Shown one piece after another: positions 40,734 through 55,841 of a DNA stretch of 64,000 nt (the first letter of the stretch is position 1; every line of letters begins with the position of its first letter). Where the stretch lies: assembly GCF_054482525.1 (NCBI RefSeq), contig NZ_CM137006.1. One strand, 5' to 3'. The notes below the pieces were generated by a model that was not told where the DNA came from, ran no database searches, and saw only the letters and a program-made list of their open reading frames with translations. The position numbers and the translations under genes are program-made.

Positions 40734-41585
40734 TTAACCCGCGTAAGCTGCCAGCATTTCCTGCGCCGCCAGTTTACCCAACGCATTCGCTGCGAAAGGA
40801 CTGTCGCCGGTGAGAACTTTACGGTCCTTATGTACTCGCCCGGTGATGTCGTCATTAATAATGTTCATGCCCATTTTCTTCAGCTCTTCGCCGAAGTACC
40901 AGGTGAGATGACCCGGCATATAGCCTATCTCTGGCGTTTGTTTGTCTGCGGCGTCTGGGAATGCGCAAATGGAATAACCATTCAGTGGGTTATCGCCGTG
41001 GCGAAGCGCCAGAAATGCCGCCGGGCCGTGGCAAAGGGAGATAACAAAACGGTCATTTTTGATTGCCCACTGTAAAGCGGCAGCCACGTTCTGGCTTTCT
41101 GGTAAACCAATAAGTGCGCCATGACCACCAGGAACAAAGATTGCTGCATATTCGCTGTCAGCGTTGAGGCTGGCGACAACATCCGCGAGTTTCTTCGGAT
41201 TGCGGAACAACGATTTATGCTGCTCAAAGAATGGCATTACTTTTTCATCTTTGTGCGGCATAGCCCAGTATTCAAACTTGGTCATCAGACCGGAAATGGT
41301 CGCCACTTCGAATTCGAAACCTGCAGCGTGGAGATGATACAACGGCAGCAACGTTTCAATCGGATGGTTACCGGTCGAGAACAGTTTTCCGTTATCGGTC
41401 GGCAAATAACGTTCGTCCGCGGCGATCACCAGAATTTTATGTTTACCGCGATACGGTTTTGGATAGTCCACGCCATCAAGATCAGAGACAGGACTGGTAT
41501 ATTGGCTAAGCGAATATTCTGAAGGGAAGAATGCATTATCTTCAGCAATATCGACCTGCGGATTTTTACTTGTTTGAACAGTCAT
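40734..41585 (-). CDS. hchA: glyoxalase / chaperone Hsp31 HchA
   Basis: 283 aa; DJ-1/PfpI fold with nucleophile Cys in the ...ISLCHGPAAF... segment. Confidence 0.9.
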   Translation of the reverse strand: MTVQTSKNPQVDIAEDNAFFPSEYSLSQYTSPVSDLDGVDYPKPYRGKHKILVIAADERYLPTDNGKLFSTGNHPIETLLPLYHLHAAGFEFEVATISGLMTKFEYWAMPHKDEKVMPFFEQHKSLFRNPKKLADVVASLNADSEYAAIFVPGGHGALIGLPESQNVAAALQWAIKNDRFVISLCHGPAAFLALRHGDNPLNGYSICAFPDAADKQTPEIGYMPGHLTWYFGEELKKMGMNIINDDITGRVHKDRKVLTGDSPFAANALGKLAAQEMLAAYAG

Positions 41586-42176
41586 AGTGTATTCCTTATT
41601 GTTGCTTAGTTAGGGTAGTCACTATATTTGCGACTGAGCTGGTCGTTATTTTTACCCAGTCTGGAAAATTGAGTCAATATATCGAAAGCGGTAGTCGGCG
41701 GGCGTAAGTATGTAATGATGATGCTGCACTGGTGTTGAATATTATTCACGCCAAATTTTCCTTATGGAGCAACGCCGTCGCAAGTGGCCTCAATGATTTT
41801 AGACCATTATCAGAGGTCCGGGGCGGCAGGGAGAGATTTAATGTTGTGGAATATTGTGGTGCTGATGAATATTTATATCGCGGATTGGTAGAGAAAAAGC
41901 TTTTTTCATGCACTATTTTTGCAAATATTTCTATATGGACGGCGGTTTTGTTGCGGATTAATTCATAAAGAAATGCATTTGGGTGTTGGCTGGAAGAGAC
42001 GCTGGTAGATTTTATTGAGCCAGGAGGGGCGGGGTAATGTGCTGTATCGATATGCTTTGGCAATTGCGTGTGCCGCAGATGGAGATGAAATGCCAATAAA
42101 AAAGCCTGAGTTCGATGAGGGACGAACTCAGGCTATTGTTAAGTTTTACAGTAACACGCCACGGCGCGTTGGCTGA

Positions 42177-43292
42177 TTAGAACTGGTAGACGATACCAAC
42201 TGCAAACTGGTCATCAGCTGCTGCGCCAGTAATGGCGGCGTCATCTTTATCCAGCATGTTGAATTTGTATGCAGTATAAACGTTCATGTTCTTATTGAAG
42301 TAGTACCAGGTACCAACTTCAATGTAGTTCACACGGTCAGCGTCAACATATCTATGTCCAGGTACACCTTTGATATCTTTACCTTTAGAATACACATAAC
42401 CTAAGGACGGACGCAGACCAAAGTCGAATTGATACTGAACAACCGCTTCAAAGTTCTGGGTTTCATTGATAAGTTGATCACGCATTATTGTATTGCCTTC
42501 TCGATCGGCAACACCTGTATCAATAGAACTCGGAGTCATATTACGAGTTTCACCGTACATTACAGCTGCGTAGACATTGTTCGCGTCATACTTTGCAGCC
42601 AATGACCACAGTTCAGCATTTGAACCGTTTCCATCGGCAACTTGATCGTTGGTGCGATCAGATTTGCTATATGCACCAACGATACCAAAACCATTGATGT
42701 TATAGTCTACAGACAACGCATAGCCGTCACCATTTTGTTTCTTAGTGCTACGGTTGCTGTTTTTGCCTTGGTACTGAATCGCAAAATCAAGACCATCAAC
42801 CAGACCAAAGAAATCAGAGTTACGGTAGGTTGCAACACCGTTGGTACGACCGTTCATGAAGTTGTCAGCGGACGCCCAGGAATCACCACCCCATTCAACT
42901 AACATATCGGTATAAGCTGCGGCATCATAAGCAACACCGTAGTTACGACCATAGTCGAAAGATCCTAACTCGTTATATTTCAAACCTGCGAAGGTTAAAC
43001 GGGTTTTTTCCTGATTAGAGCCTTCGGGCTTGCTGGCGTCGAGGTTGTATTCAAACTGACCAAAACCAGTCAGTTCGCTGGTGATTTGGGTTTCACCTTT
43101 AACACCGAAACGAGCATAGGAGGTATCTTCGTTTTCGCTGTTATTATCATCAGTATTTGACCAGATGCGTTCGCCAACCATCTTGCCGTAGAAATCAACT
43201 TTATTGCCATCTTTATTATAAATTTCAGCCGCATTTGCTGCGCCAGCAACTAATAACGCCGGGACCAGCATTGCCAGAACTTTTCTTTTCAT
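42177..43292 (-). CDS. yedS: intact OmpC/OmpF-family general porin at the yedS locus (a pseudogene in K-12)
   Basis: Signal peptide [21 protein letters not shown], 16-strand porin pattern, C-terminal ...VGIVYQF; AT-rich OmpR-box-like upstream region at 43300-43840. Confidence 0.8.
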   Translation of the reverse strand: MKRKVLAMLVPALLVAGAANAAEIYNKDGNKVDFYGKMVGERIWSNTDDNNSENEDTSYARFGVKGETQITSELTGFGQFEYNLDASKPEGSNQEKTRLTFAGLKYNELGSFDYGRNYGVAYDAAAYTDMLVEWGGDSWASADNFMNGRTNGVATYRNSDFFGLVDGLDFAIQYQGKNSNRSTKKQNGDGYALSVDYNINGFGIVGAYSKSDRTNDQVADGNGSNAELWSLAAKYDANNVYAAVMYGETRNMTPSSIDTGVADREGNTIMRDQLINETQNFEAVVQYQFDFGLRPSLGYVYSKGKDIKGVPGHRYVDADRVNYIEVGTWYYFNKNMNVYTAYKFNMLDKDDAAITGAAADDQFAVGIVYQF

Positions 43293-43839
43293 TATGTATT
43301 CCCTTGTGATTATAATCTTCATGAATATATCAATAAGTGCTGTTATCCAAAAAAAAGCACATTTGGATACTATTCTATGAAGTTCATTTTATTTTAAAGA
43401 TTACATGTAACAAATGTATTTAAAAGATTTCAAAATGTTTCCAATCTATTTAATATAATTCAGAATTATGAATTCTAAATATAAGCATTCATGAAAATTA
43501 TAAATACATATCAATATGTTATGAGTTGAGCGGAAATATAGGGGGTATCAATGATTGTTGCGCCAAACGGCTGGTGTGATCACGCGCACATTAATGAAGA
43601 CATAAAAAAAGCCGGCATCATGCCGGCCCAAAAAATATAAACAAGACGATAAAAGGCTAATAACGGAAGCATCATGACACAGAATAATAAAAAGGGATAA
43701 TTGTAATCAGTGCTAATATATTGATCGAATGAATTAATAAAGCCGATATCAAAGATAAATAAAATCGCTCAAAACGATTTTTCCTGTATTCACTGCCATT
43801 GCGCAAAAATTATCTATTTGTTCAAAAAATGATTGAGTC

Positions 43840-44223
43840 TTGACTGGCTCATCCAATGTGGAAAAATGTGACTTTTATCACATAATAGTACTAAGTCTGA
43901 ATTTTCCGGGTTATCTCAAAATGGAATACGGTTCGACAAAGATGGAAGAGAGACTCTCTCGCAGCCCTGGTGGCAAATTGGCTTTGTGGGCTTTCTATAC
44001 ATGGTGTGGCTATTTTGTCTGGGCAATGGCGCGTTACATCTGGGTGATGAGCCGGATCCCCGATGCCCCCGTGTCGGGATTTGAAAGCGATTTAGGCTCT
44101 ACCGCGGGAAAGTGGTTAGGGGCACTGGTCGGCTTTTTATTTATGGCTCTGGTCGGGGCATTGTTAGGCAGCATTGCCTGGTACACCCGACCTCGTCCCG
44201 CACGCAGCAGACGCTATGAATAA
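43840..44223 (+). CDS. yedR: inner membrane protein YedR; start uncertain (GTG 43858 possible)
   Basis: Two TM segments; K-12 gene order. Confidence 0.6.
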   Translation: MTGSSNVEKCDFYHIIVLSLNFPGYLKMEYGSTKMEERLSRSPGGKLALWAFYTWCGYFVWAMARYIWVMSRIPDAPVSGFESDLGSTAGKWLGALVGFLFMALVGALLGSIAWYTRPRPARSRRYE

Positions 44224-44262
44224 AAACTGCTAATGTTGCGACTCTTTGGCAACGGAGCGCGT

Positions 44263-44958
44263 ATGGACTTACAACACTGGCAGACACAGTTCGAAAACTG
44301 GTTGAAAAACCATCATCAGCACCAGGACGCGGCCCATGACGTGTGTCATTTTCGCCGCGTCTGGGCTACGGCACAGAAGCTGGCGGCAGATGACGATGTC
44401 GATATGCTGGTGATTTTAACCGCCTGTTATTTTCACGATATTGTGAGCCTGGCGAAAAATCATCCACAACGGCAGCATTCTTCAATCCTGGCGGCAGAAG
44501 AGACGCGTCGCCTGCTCCGTGAAGAGTTCGTGCAATTTCCGGCGGAGAAAATCGAGGCCGTTTGTCATGCCATTGCCGCTCACAGTTTCAGCGCGCAAAT
44601 CGCCCCCTTAACAACGGAAGCTAAAATCGTCCAGGATGCGGATCGGCTGGAAGCCCTGGGGGCGATTGGCCTGGCGCGCGTGTTTGCTGTTTCAGGGGCA
44701 TTGGGCGTGGCGCTGTTTGATGGTGAAGATCCGTTCGCACAGCATCGCCCGCTTGATGATAAACGCTACGCGCTGGATCATTTCCAGACTAAGTTGCTGA
44801 AGCTACCGCAAACCATGCAAACCGCAAGAGGCAAGCAGCTGGCGCAGCACAACGCGCAATTTTTAGTCGAGTTTATGGCGAAGCTCAGTGCCGAACTGGC
44901 GGGGGAGAATGAAGGTGTCGATCACAAGGTGATAGATGCGTTTTCACCCGCGGGCTGA
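44263..44958 (+). CDS. yedJ: HD-domain phosphohydrolase YedJ
   Basis: HD motif ...CYFHDIV...; the internal Met gives 231 aa. Confidence 0.8.
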   Translation: MDLQHWQTQFENWLKNHHQHQDAAHDVCHFRRVWATAQKLAADDDVDMLVILTACYFHDIVSLAKNHPQRQHSSILAAEETRRLLREEFVQFPAEKIEAVCHAIAAHSFSAQIAPLTTEAKIVQDADRLEALGAIGLARVFAVSGALGVALFDGEDPFAQHRPLDDKRYALDHFQTKLLKLPQTMQTARGKQLAQHNAQFLVEFMAKLSAELAGENEGVDHKVIDAFSPAG

Positions 44959-45024
44959 GCGCGTGGCCCTAAATGGCTGTAATTATGTTAACCTGTCGGC
45001 CATCTCAGATGGCCGGTTAAATCT

Positions 45025-46443
45025 ATGCAGGAAAATATATCAGTAACCGATTCATACAGCACCGGGAATGCCGCACAGGCAATGCTGGAGAAACTGCTGC
45101 AAATTTATGATGTTAAAACGCTGGTGGCGCAGCTTAATGGTGTGGGTGAGAATCACTGGAGCGCGGCAATTTTAAAACGTGCGCTGGCGAATGACTCGGC
45201 ATGGCACCGTTTAAGTGAGAAAGAGTTCGCCCATCTGCAAACGTTGTTACCCAAACCACCGGCACATCATCCGCATTATGCGTTTCGCTTTATCGATCTA
45301 TTTGCCGGTATTGGCGGCATCCGTCGCGGTTTTGAATCGATTGGCGGACAGTGCGTGTTTACCAGCGAATGGAACAAACATGCGGTACGCACTTATAAAG
45401 CCAACCATTATTGCGACCCGGCGACGCATCATTTTAATGAAGATATCCGCGACATCACCCTCAGCCATAAAGACGGCGTGAGTGATGAGACGGCGGCGGA
45501 ACATATTCGTCAACACATTCCTGAACACGATGTATTACTGGCCGGTTTCCCATGTCAGCCATTTTCGCTGGCTGGCGTATCGAAAAAGAACTCGCTCGGG
45601 CGGGCGCACGGTTTTGCCTGCGATACCCAGGGCACGCTGTTCTTTGATGTGGTGCGCATTATCGACGCGCGTCGTCCGGCGATGTTTGTGCTCGAAAACG
45701 TCAAAAACCTGAAAAGTCACGATAAAGGAAAAACGTTCCGCATCATCATGCAGACGCTGGACGAACTGGGCTATGACGTGGCTGATGCAGAAGATAACGG
45801 GCCGGACGATCCGAAAATCATCGATGGTAAACATTTCCTGCCGCAGCACCGTGAACGCATCGTGCTGGTGGGTTTTCGTCGCGATCTGAATCTGAAAGCC
45901 GATTTTACCCTGCGTGATATCAGCGAATGTTTTCCTGCGCAGCGAGTGACGCTGGCCCAGCTGCTGGACCCGATGGTCGAGGCGAAATATATCCTGACGC
46001 CGGTGCTGTGGAAGTACCTCTATCGTTATGCGAAAAAACATCAGGCACGCGGTAACGGCTTCGGTTATGGAATGGTTTATCCGAACAATCCGCAAAGCGT
46101 CACGCGTACTCTGTCTGCGCGTTATTACAAAGATGGCGCGGAAATTTTAATCGATCGCGGCTGGGATATGGCCACGGGTGAAAAAGACTTTGACGATCCG
46201 CTGAATCAGCAACATCGTCCACGTCGGTTAACGCCTCGGGAATGCGCGCGCTTAATGGGTTTTGAAGCGCCGGGAGAAGCGAAATTCCGCATTCCGGTTT
46301 CGGACACTCAGGCCTATCGCCAGTTCGGTAACTCGGTGGTCGTGCCGGTCTTTGCCGCGGTGGCAAAACTGCTTGAGCCAAAAATCAAACAGGCGGTGGC
46401 GTTGCGTCAGCAAGAGGCACAACATGGGCGACGTTCACGATAA
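45025..46443 (+). CDS. dcm: DNA cytosine-5 methyltransferase Dcm
   Basis: 472 aa; FAGIGG, PCQ and ENV motifs. Confidence 0.9.
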   Translation: MQENISVTDSYSTGNAAQAMLEKLLQIYDVKTLVAQLNGVGENHWSAAILKRALANDSAWHRLSEKEFAHLQTLLPKPPAHHPHYAFRFIDLFAGIGGIRRGFESIGGQCVFTSEWNKHAVRTYKANHYCDPATHHFNEDIRDITLSHKDGVSDETAAEHIRQHIPEHDVLLAGFPCQPFSLAGVSKKNSLGRAHGFACDTQGTLFFDVVRIIDARRPAMFVLENVKNLKSHDKGKTFRIIMQTLDELGYDVADAEDNGPDDPKIIDGKHFLPQHRERIVLVGFRRDLNLKADFTLRDISECFPAQRVTLAQLLDPMVEAKYILTPVLWKYLYRYAKKHQARGNGFGYGMVYPNNPQSVTRTLSARYYKDGAEILIDRGWDMATGEKDFDDPLNQQHRPRRLTPRECARLMGFEAPGEAKFRIPVSDTQAYRQFGNSVVVPVFAAVAKLLEPKIKQAVALRQQEAQHGRRSR

Positions 46444-46894
46444 GGCCACCCGCAGCAAAAATATGCGCGCGATTGCTACGCGTGATACGGCGATTGAGAA
46501 GCGCCTCGCCAGTCTGTTAACCGGGCAGGGCCTGGCATTTCGCGTTCAGGACGCGGATCTCCCCGGACGCCCGGATTTTGTCGTTGATGAATATCGCTGC
46601 GTGATATTTACCCACGGCTGCTTCTGGCATCATCATCACTGCTATCTGTTTAAAATGCCTGCGACTCGAACCGAGTTCTGGCTGGAGAAGATAGGTAAAA
46701 ATGTTGAGCGGGATCGCCGTGATATCAGTCGCTTGCAGGAGCTTGGCTGGCGTGTACTGATTGTCTGGGAGTGTGCGTTACGTGGGCGCGAGAAGCTGAC
46801 GGATGAAGCGCTTACCGAGCGTCTGGAAGAGTGGATCTGCGGCGAAGGTGCCAGCGCGCAGATCGACACGCAGGGGATTCATTTACTCGCTTGA
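46424..46894 (+). CDS. vsr: very short patch repair endonuclease Vsr (start overlaps the dcm 3' end by 20 nt)
   Basis: 156 aa; [28 protein letters not shown]...; overlap with dcm as in K-12. Confidence 0.9.
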   Translation: MGDVHDKATRSKNMRAIATRDTAIEKRLASLLTGQGLAFRVQDADLPGRPDFVVDEYRCVIFTHGCFWHHHHCYLFKMPATRTEFWLEKIGKNVERDRRDISRLQELGWRVLIVWECALRGREKLTDEALTERLEEWICGEGASAQIDTQGIHLLA

Positions 46895-47803
46895 TGCATC
46901 CTGAATAACTGGCGCAACTACGGGTTTTGCCGGGAAGAGATATTTTCCCAACGTGACCAGTACCACCGCGAAGACAATCACGCCGAGCGCCAGCCATTCA
47001 ATCTTCGACAGCGTCTCTCCGCCCAGTCCCGTACCCAGCAAGACCGCGACCACAGGGTTAACGTAGGCGTAGCTGGTGGCGAGAGCCGGACTGACGTTGC
47101 GGATTAAATACATATAAGCGTTAATGGCGATAATCGAACCAAACAGCGCCAGATAGCCGACCGCAAGGAAGCCTGAAAGGGAAGGGAGCGCCGTCAGTTT
47201 TTCACCCGCAATCATCGACGCGATCATTAACACCACGCCTGCCGCCAGCATCTCAATCGCACCCGCCATCATCCCTACAGGTAAGGTAATGCGCGAGCCA
47301 TAAACCGAGCCAAACGCCCAGCTAATCGAGCCGATTAAAATCAGAATCGCGCCCCACGGATTGCCGCTTAAATTTCCACCGCTATTGAGCATGATGATTC
47401 CGGCAAGCTCAATGGCGATACCCACCCATTCCAGTTTGCGCGTTTTAATGCCAAACAGGCGGCTGAAGCACAGGGTAAAAAGGGGCACGGTTGCAACCAC
47501 TACGGCGGCGATGCCGGAAGGAACATTTTGATGTTCGGCAACCGTCACCATGCCATTACCGACAGCCAGCAATAACAGGCCAATCAGCGCGGCATTGAGC
47601 AGCGGACGTAGCGGGGGGAGTTTGTGTCCGCGCAGTAGCAAAAATGCCAGCAATAAAATACCGGCTGCCAGGAATCGAACGCCCGCCATCATTAACGGAG
47701 GCCAGCTTTCCACGCCAATCCGAATGACAAAATAGGTTGAGCCCCAAATGATATACAACGCAAACAACGCGCCAAAAAGCGGTAACAACTGGCGGAAACG
47801 CAT
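46883..47803 (-). CDS. yedA: EamA-family transporter YedA
   Basis: 306 aa; 10 TM segments. Confidence 0.85.
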   Translation of the reverse strand: MRFRQLLPLFGALFALYIIWGSTYFVIRIGVESWPPLMMAGVRFLAAGILLLAFLLLRGHKLPPLRPLLNAALIGLLLLAVGNGMVTVAEHQNVPSGIAAVVVATVPLFTLCFSRLFGIKTRKLEWVGIAIELAGIIMLNSGGNLSGNPWGAILILIGSISWAFGSVYGSRITLPVGMMAGAIEMLAAGVVLMIASMIAGEKLTALPSLSGFLAVGYLALFGSIIAINAYMYLIRNVSPALATSYAYVNPVVAVLLGTGLGGETLSKIEWLALGVIVFAVVLVTLGKYLFPAKPVVAPVIQDASSE

Positions 47804-47975
47804 AATCCCTCACGGTGGAAATAAAAAGGTGGTTCATAGTAAACGTGAAAATCATTCTGCTGGCGAGAGATATAATTGCACTTGATTGTTAAAAAAATGT
47901 TGACCTGTGAAGCAAGTATCAGAGGTGCCGTTTTTGCTTCATACTTACACCCTTCAACAATAAAAATGAGAGGGA

Positions 47976-48893
47976 ATGCTTTTGGCCGGGAGTAGTTTAC
48001 TGACGTTGCTCGATGATATCGCCACACTGCTGGACGATATTTCCGTGATGGGCAAGCTGGCGGCGAAGAAAACCGCCGGTGTATTAGGGGATGACTTATC
48101 GCTCAATGCGCAACAAGTTTCAGGCGTGCGGGCCAACCGGGAACTTCCCGTGGTCTGGGGCGTGGCGAAAGGATCGCTGATCAATAAAGTGATTCTGGTG
48201 CCGCTGGCGCTGATCATCAGTGCGTTTATCCCGTGGGCGATTACGCCACTGTTGATGATTGGCGGCGCGTTTCTCTGCTTTGAAGGGGTAGAGAAAGTGC
48301 TGCATATGCTGGAGGCGCGTAAACATAAAGAAGATCCGGCGCAGAGTCAGCAGCGTCTGGAGAAGCTGGCGGCGCAGGATCCGCTGAAGTTTGAAAAAGA
48401 CAAAATAAAAGGGGCGATTCGTACCGATTTTATATTGTCTGCGGAAATCGTCGCCATCACGCTGGGGATTGTGGCAGAAGCGCCGTTGCTTAATCAGGTG
48501 CTGGTGCTTTCAGGCATCGCGCTGGTAGTGACCGTGGGCGTCTACGGTCTGGTAGGGGTTATCGTTAAGATTGATGACCTGGGGTATTGGCTGGCGGAAA
48601 AATCCAGCGCGCTGATGCAGGCATTAGGTAAAGGGTTATTGATCATTGCGCCCTGGTTGATGAAAGCGTTATCGATTGTCGGCACGCTGGCGATGTTCCT
48701 CGTCGGCGGCGGGATTGTGGTACATGGTATTGCGCCGCTGCATCACGCCATTGAACATTTCGCCGGGCAGCAAAGTGCAGTGGTGGCGATGATATTACCG
48801 ACTGTTTTAAATCTGATTCTTGGATTTATCATCGGCGGCATCGTGGTGCTGGGAGTGAAAGCAGTAGCGAAAATGCGCGGTCAGGCACATTAA
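47976..48893 (+). CDS. yedI: DUF808 inner membrane protein YedI
   Basis: 305 aa; K-12 gene order. Confidence 0.8.
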   Translation: MLLAGSSLLTLLDDIATLLDDISVMGKLAAKKTAGVLGDDLSLNAQQVSGVRANRELPVVWGVAKGSLINKVILVPLALIISAFIPWAITPLLMIGGAFLCFEGVEKVLHMLEARKHKEDPAQSQQRLEKLAAQDPLKFEKDKIKGAIRTDFILSAEIVAITLGIVAEAPLLNQVLVLSGIALVVTVGVYGLVGVIVKIDDLGYWLAEKSSALMQALGKGLLIIAPWLMKALSIVGTLAMFLVGGGIVVHGIAPLHHAIEHFAGQQSAVVAMILPTVLNLILGFIIGGIVVLGVKAVAKMRGQAH

Positions 48894-48971
48894 TACTCGC
48901 ACTGGCTATTATGCAAAATTCGCCATCTTCAACTAAGGTGAACAAGTTTCACTCGAAAAAAGGAGGCGAGT

Positions 48972-49154
48972 ATGAGCTTTATGGTTAGTGAGGAAGTTAC
49001 GGTTAAAGAGGGCGGCCCGCGGATGATTGTCACCGGATACTCCAGCGGTATGGTTGAGTGTCGTTGGTATGACGGTTACGGGGTCAAGCGGGAAGCTTTT
49101 CATGAAACCGAGCTTGTTCCGGGGGAGGGGAGTCGTTCTGCGGAAGAAGTTTGA
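48972..49154 (+). CDS. yodC: small protein YodC
   Basis: 60 aa; SD aaggagg. Confidence 0.6.
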   Translation: MSFMVSEEVTVKEGGPRMIVTGYSSGMVECRWYDGYGVKREAFHETELVPGEGSRSAEEV

Positions 49155-49324
49155 AAGGGTATCATTAACACCAGGCCGGATCACATCCGGCCTGGTGTGC
49201 CAATGCCTGCAATGAATGATAGTCGCGTCTTATCATGCCACCATTATAAAATTATCGCTGTTTTGCGGTACGTTATCGCCGGGTTATGCCAGAATCATAA
49301 AAAAGCAGGTTGGGAGTCGTCAGG

Positions 49325-51849
<2,525 letters not shown>

Positions 51850-52028
51850 TTACCAGGATGATTCTTAAAACAGCACAAATTATCAAAGATGATTTTTTCG
51901 GGAGCGATCCCGTTGACGCCAGAGCCACCAAGGGGTGACGCGCGTCACATTTCTATTCATAAGTAGCGTTAATCATTCATATCACGAATATTTTCTTGTC
52001 AGCGAAAAAAATTGCGGATAAGGTGATG

Positions 52029-52115
52029 AACACATCAGATTTCCTGGTGTAACGAATTTTTTAAGTGCTTCTTGCTTAAGCAAGTTTCATCCCGACCCCC
52101 TCAGGGTCGGGATTT
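52029..52115 (+). ncRNA. dsrA: DsrA small regulatory RNA
   Basis: AACACATCAGATTTCCTGGTGTAACGAATTTTTTAAGTGCTTCTTGCTTAAGCAAGTTTCATCCCGACCCCCTCAGGGTCGGGATTT + T-run; matches the remembered DsrA sequence. Confidence 0.85.
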
Positions 52116-52128
52116 TTTTATTGTGCAT

Positions 52129-52356
52129 TCAACGATTCACTTCAGAGACGCTGAAGTCATGAATATCCAGTTCGAAGGCATCCGCCAATTCACGCCATGT
52201 ATGATATTCACGTCCATCGACGCTAACGTGTTCAGAATCGTTCTGGCTGCGATGAACTTCGCTTTCGCTAATTTCATTGATCGCCGCCAGCAGGGCATCG
52301 ACATCGACGCTGACCTCACGTTTTGCGGTATCGCTGTACTCTTTTGCGGTTTTCAT
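52129..52356 (-). CDS. yodD: stress-induced protein YodD
   Basis: 75 aa from MKTAKEY... Confidence 0.75.
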   Translation of the reverse strand: MKTAKEYSDTAKREVSVDVDALLAAINEISESEVHRSQNDSEHVSVDGREYHTWRELADAFELDIHDFSVSEVNR

Positions 52357-52428
52357 CATCTTTCCTCGCAACCGTTACTCTGTTGTTGCCGCCAGTCGTT
52401 AAGTCCGCCTGGCATCTCTTAAGTATAG

Positions 52429-52707
<279 letters not shown>

Positions 52708-52750
52708 TCTAATTCAGCCTGACTGGTGGGAAACCACCAGTCAGAATGTG

Positions 52751-53374
52751 TTAGCGCATGTTGACAAAAATACCATTAGTCACATTATCCGTCAGTCGGA
52801 CGACATGGTAGATAACCTGTTTATTATGCGTTTTGATCTTACGTTTAATATTACCTTTATGCGATGAAACGGTCTTGGCTTTGATATTCATTTGGTCGGA
52901 GATTTGAATGGTTCCCTGACCTGCCATCCACATTCGCAACATACTCGATTCGGTTCGGCTCAATGATAACGTCGGCATATTTAAAAACGAGGTTATCGTT
53001 GTCTCTTTTTTCAGAATATCGCCAAGGATATCGTCGAGAGATTCCGGTTTAATCGATTTAGAACTGATCAATAAATTTTTTCTGACCAATAGATATTCAT
53101 CAAAATGAACATTGGCAATTGCCATAAAAACGATAAATAACGTATTGGGATGTTGATTAATGATGAGCTTGATACGCTGACTGTTAGAAGCATCGTGGAT
53201 GAAACAGTCCTCATTAATAAACACCACTGAAGGGCGCTGTGAATCACAAGCTATGGCAAGGTCATCAACGGTTTCAATGTCGTTGATTTCTCTTTTTTTA
53301 ACCCCTCTACTCAACAGATACCCGGTTAAACCTAGTCGGGTGTAACTACATAAATCCATAATAATCGTTGACAT
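52751..53374 (-). CDS. rcsA: capsule synthesis regulator RcsA (LuxR-type HTH)
   Basis: 207 aa; C-terminal HTH; K-12 position next to fliR. Confidence 0.9.
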
Positions 53375-53663
53375 GGCATACCCTCACTCAATGCGTAACG
53401 ATAATTCCCCTTACCTGAATATTTCATCATGACTAAACGGAACAACATGGGTCACCTAATGCGCCACTCTCGCGATTTTTCAGGCGGACTTACTATCCCG
53501 TAAAGTGTTGTATAATTTGCCTGGAATTGTCTTAAAGTAAAGTAAATGTTGCGATATGTGAGTGAGCTTAAAACAAATATTTCGCCGCAGGAGTATCCTG
53601 GAAGATGTTCGTAGGTATTATTTTTCGGATAATCCTTAGGATAACATGATAAACGTTACGGAA

Positions 53664-54449
53664 TTATATTAATGGCAATTCACTAATAATATCAGCCAGC
53701 AAATTAAACATCTCACTGAATAAATGTTCGCAAAAAGGCGCAATTAACGGCATTAATGCCGCCATTAAAGAGATACCGACAGTCAGAGTTAATGGAAATC
53801 CAATAACAAAAATGGATAATTGCGGGGCCATACGATTAAGTAAACCTAATGCCAGATTCAGGGTCAGCAGCAGAGTAATGAGCGGTAACGCCAGCATCAG
53901 CCCGTTAAGGAAAATCAAACTCCCTGCTTTGGTGAGTGCCAGAAACGCATTGCTGTTCAACGGTTCGCCACCAATTGGCAGGGTGTGAAAGGTATCGACC
54001 AGCAGTGAAATCAACCATAAATGACCGTTAAATGTCAGGAACAGCAATAATGCCAGCATATCCATGATACGCGCTAGAACGGGCATATTGAGATGGCTGG
54101 CCGGATCGACAAACGTCGCAAATGACAGCCCCATTTGCAGACCGATAATTTCGCCAGCGGTTCGTACAGCGGCAAAGGCAAATTGCATGGTAAAACCAAG
54201 CGCAATGCCGATCAGGATCTGCTGCACGGCCAGCCACAGAGCAAAGAACGAAAAAACAGGAACATCGTTGGCAGGTAATGATGGGGCAATAGCGAACGTG
54301 ATCATCATTGCCAGACCCAGTTTTACCCGTTTCGGCACGCTGCGTTCGCTCAGAATTGGCGCGGTAGAAATGAGCGCCAGCACGCGCAGTAACGGCCAGA
54401 AGTACAGACTTAGCCAGGAAAGCCATTGATCGCTTGTCACCTGCATCAT
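53664..54449 (-). CDS. fliR: flagellar export apparatus protein FliR
   Basis: 261 aa; polytopic. Confidence 0.9.
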   Translation of the reverse strand: MMQVTSDQWLSWLSLYFWPLLRVLALISTAPILSERSVPKRVKLGLAMMITFAIAPSLPANDVPVFSFFALWLAVQQILIGIALGFTMQFAFAAVRTAGEIIGLQMGLSFATFVDPASHLNMPVLARIMDMLALLLFLTFNGHLWLISLLVDTFHTLPIGGEPLNSNAFLALTKAGSLIFLNGLMLALPLITLLLTLNLALGLLNRMAPQLSIFVIGFPLTLTVGISLMAALMPLIAPFCEHLFSEMFNLLADIISELPLI

Positions 54450-54457
54450 TGTACGGG

Positions 54458-54727
54458 CTACCCGATGATATACGGCAGGTTAGTGAACAAGGTGCGGACG
54501 TAATCCAGCAACAGATTGAGCATCCACGGTCCGGCAATAATAATGGCGATAAATACGGCGATGATTTTCGGAATAAACGACAGCGTCATTTCGTTAATCT
54601 GTGTGGCGGCCTGCAAAATACTGATGATAAGGCCCGTGACCAGCGCCACCAGCAACAGCGGGGCAGCCAGTGCCAGCGCGACTTTCATCGCTTCAGTCCC
54701 CATCATCATGACCGATTCAGGTGTCAT
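54458..54727 (-). CDS. fliQ: flagellar export apparatus protein FliQ
   Basis: 89 aa. Confidence 0.9.
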   Translation of the reverse strand: MTPESVMMMGTEAMKVALALAAPLLLVALVTGLIISILQAATQINEMTLSFIPKIIAVFIAIIIAGPWMLNLLLDYVRTLFTNLPYIIG

Positions 54728-54736
54728 TTTGCCTCT

Positions 54737-55474
54737 CTAGCTGTAAAAGCTCTGCGCCAGCGAACCGACCAGCAATTGCCAGCCATCCACCAGTACAAAC
54801 AGCATCAGTTTAAAGGGCAGAGCAATAGTGGCTGGGGGAACCATCATCATCCCCAATGCCATCAACACGCTGGCAATCACCAGGTCGATAATCAAAAAAG
54901 GAATGAAAATCGTGAAGCCTATCTGAAATGCGGTTTTCAACTCGCTGGTCACGTAAGCCGGGAGCAAAATGCGCATCGGCACGGCTTCAGGTCCCTGCAA
55001 CGGGCCAGTATTTGCCAGTCTGGCAAACAACCCTAAATCCGCCTCACGGGTCTGACGCAGCATAAACTCACGCAGCGGCTGCGCCCCTTTTTCCAGCGCC
55101 TCCTGCATTGATATTTTCTCTTCGCTGAATGGCTGGTACGCATCGACATAAATTTTGTCGATCACCGGTGACATAATAAAAAAGGTCAAAAACAGTGCCA
55201 GCCCCAGCAATACCTGGTTAGGTGGCGCGGAGGGCGTTCCCAGCGCGTTACGCAATAAACCAAAAACAATGATGATGCGGGTGAAACTGGTCATCATCAG
55301 TAAAATTGCCGGAATAAACGTCAACGAGGTGATGAATACCAGCGTCTGCACCGGGAGCGACCAGCTTTGTCCACCGCCAGGCAGCGGCTGGCTGGTGATA
55401 CCCGGCAGTTGCGCGAAGGCGAGGGGCGTAATCAGCCAGAGAAGGACAGGTGCGACAGACAACAAACGACGCAT
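54737..55474 (-). CDS. fliP: flagellar export apparatus protein FliP
   Basis: 245 aa; signal peptide. Confidence 0.9.
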   Translation of the reverse strand: MRRLLSVAPVLLWLITPLAFAQLPGITSQPLPGGGQSWSLPVQTLVFITSLTFIPAILLMMTSFTRIIIVFGLLRNALGTPSAPPNQVLLGLALFLTFFIMSPVIDKIYVDAYQPFSEEKISMQEALEKGAQPLREFMLRQTREADLGLFARLANTGPLQGPEAVPMRILLPAYVTSELKTAFQIGFTIFIPFLIIDLVIASVLMALGMMMVPPATIALPFKLMLFVLVDGWQLLVGSLAQSFYS

Positions 55475-55839
55475 CAGGATCTCCCGCTACGCTTAAGCAA
55501 GTTTTTCATGACCGACTGAAAATCGGTCTGCGGTATCTCTTCCGTTGGTGCTGAAGGGGGAAGTTTATGCAGCAGATTGATTTGCCCAGCGGTAACGCCG
55601 AGCACCAGCCGTGCATCTTCCACATCGACCACCACGACCCGTTCACGCGCGCCCAGCGAAGCACTGGCGCTAATTTTCAGACCGTTAACGCCAGTGCGTT
55701 TCTGGGCAAATCCCAGCCGTTTTACCAGCCAGGCAGCAGCGAGGATCAGGGCAATAATGGCGATGAGTGCGCCGCTCACCTGCAGCAGTGGCGCAGCAGA
55801 AACCGGCGCGGAAGATTGCACAGTAGCGTGGTTATTCAT
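55474..55839 (-). CDS. fliO: flagellar protein FliO
   Basis: 121 aa; single TM. Confidence 0.85.
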   Translation of the reverse strand: MNNHATVQSSAPVSAAPLLQVSGALIAIIALILAAAWLVKRLGFAQKRTGVNGLKISASASLGARERVVVVDVEDARLVLGVTAGQINLLHKLPPSAPTEEIPQTDFQSVMKNLLKRSGRS

Positions 55840-55841
55840 CA

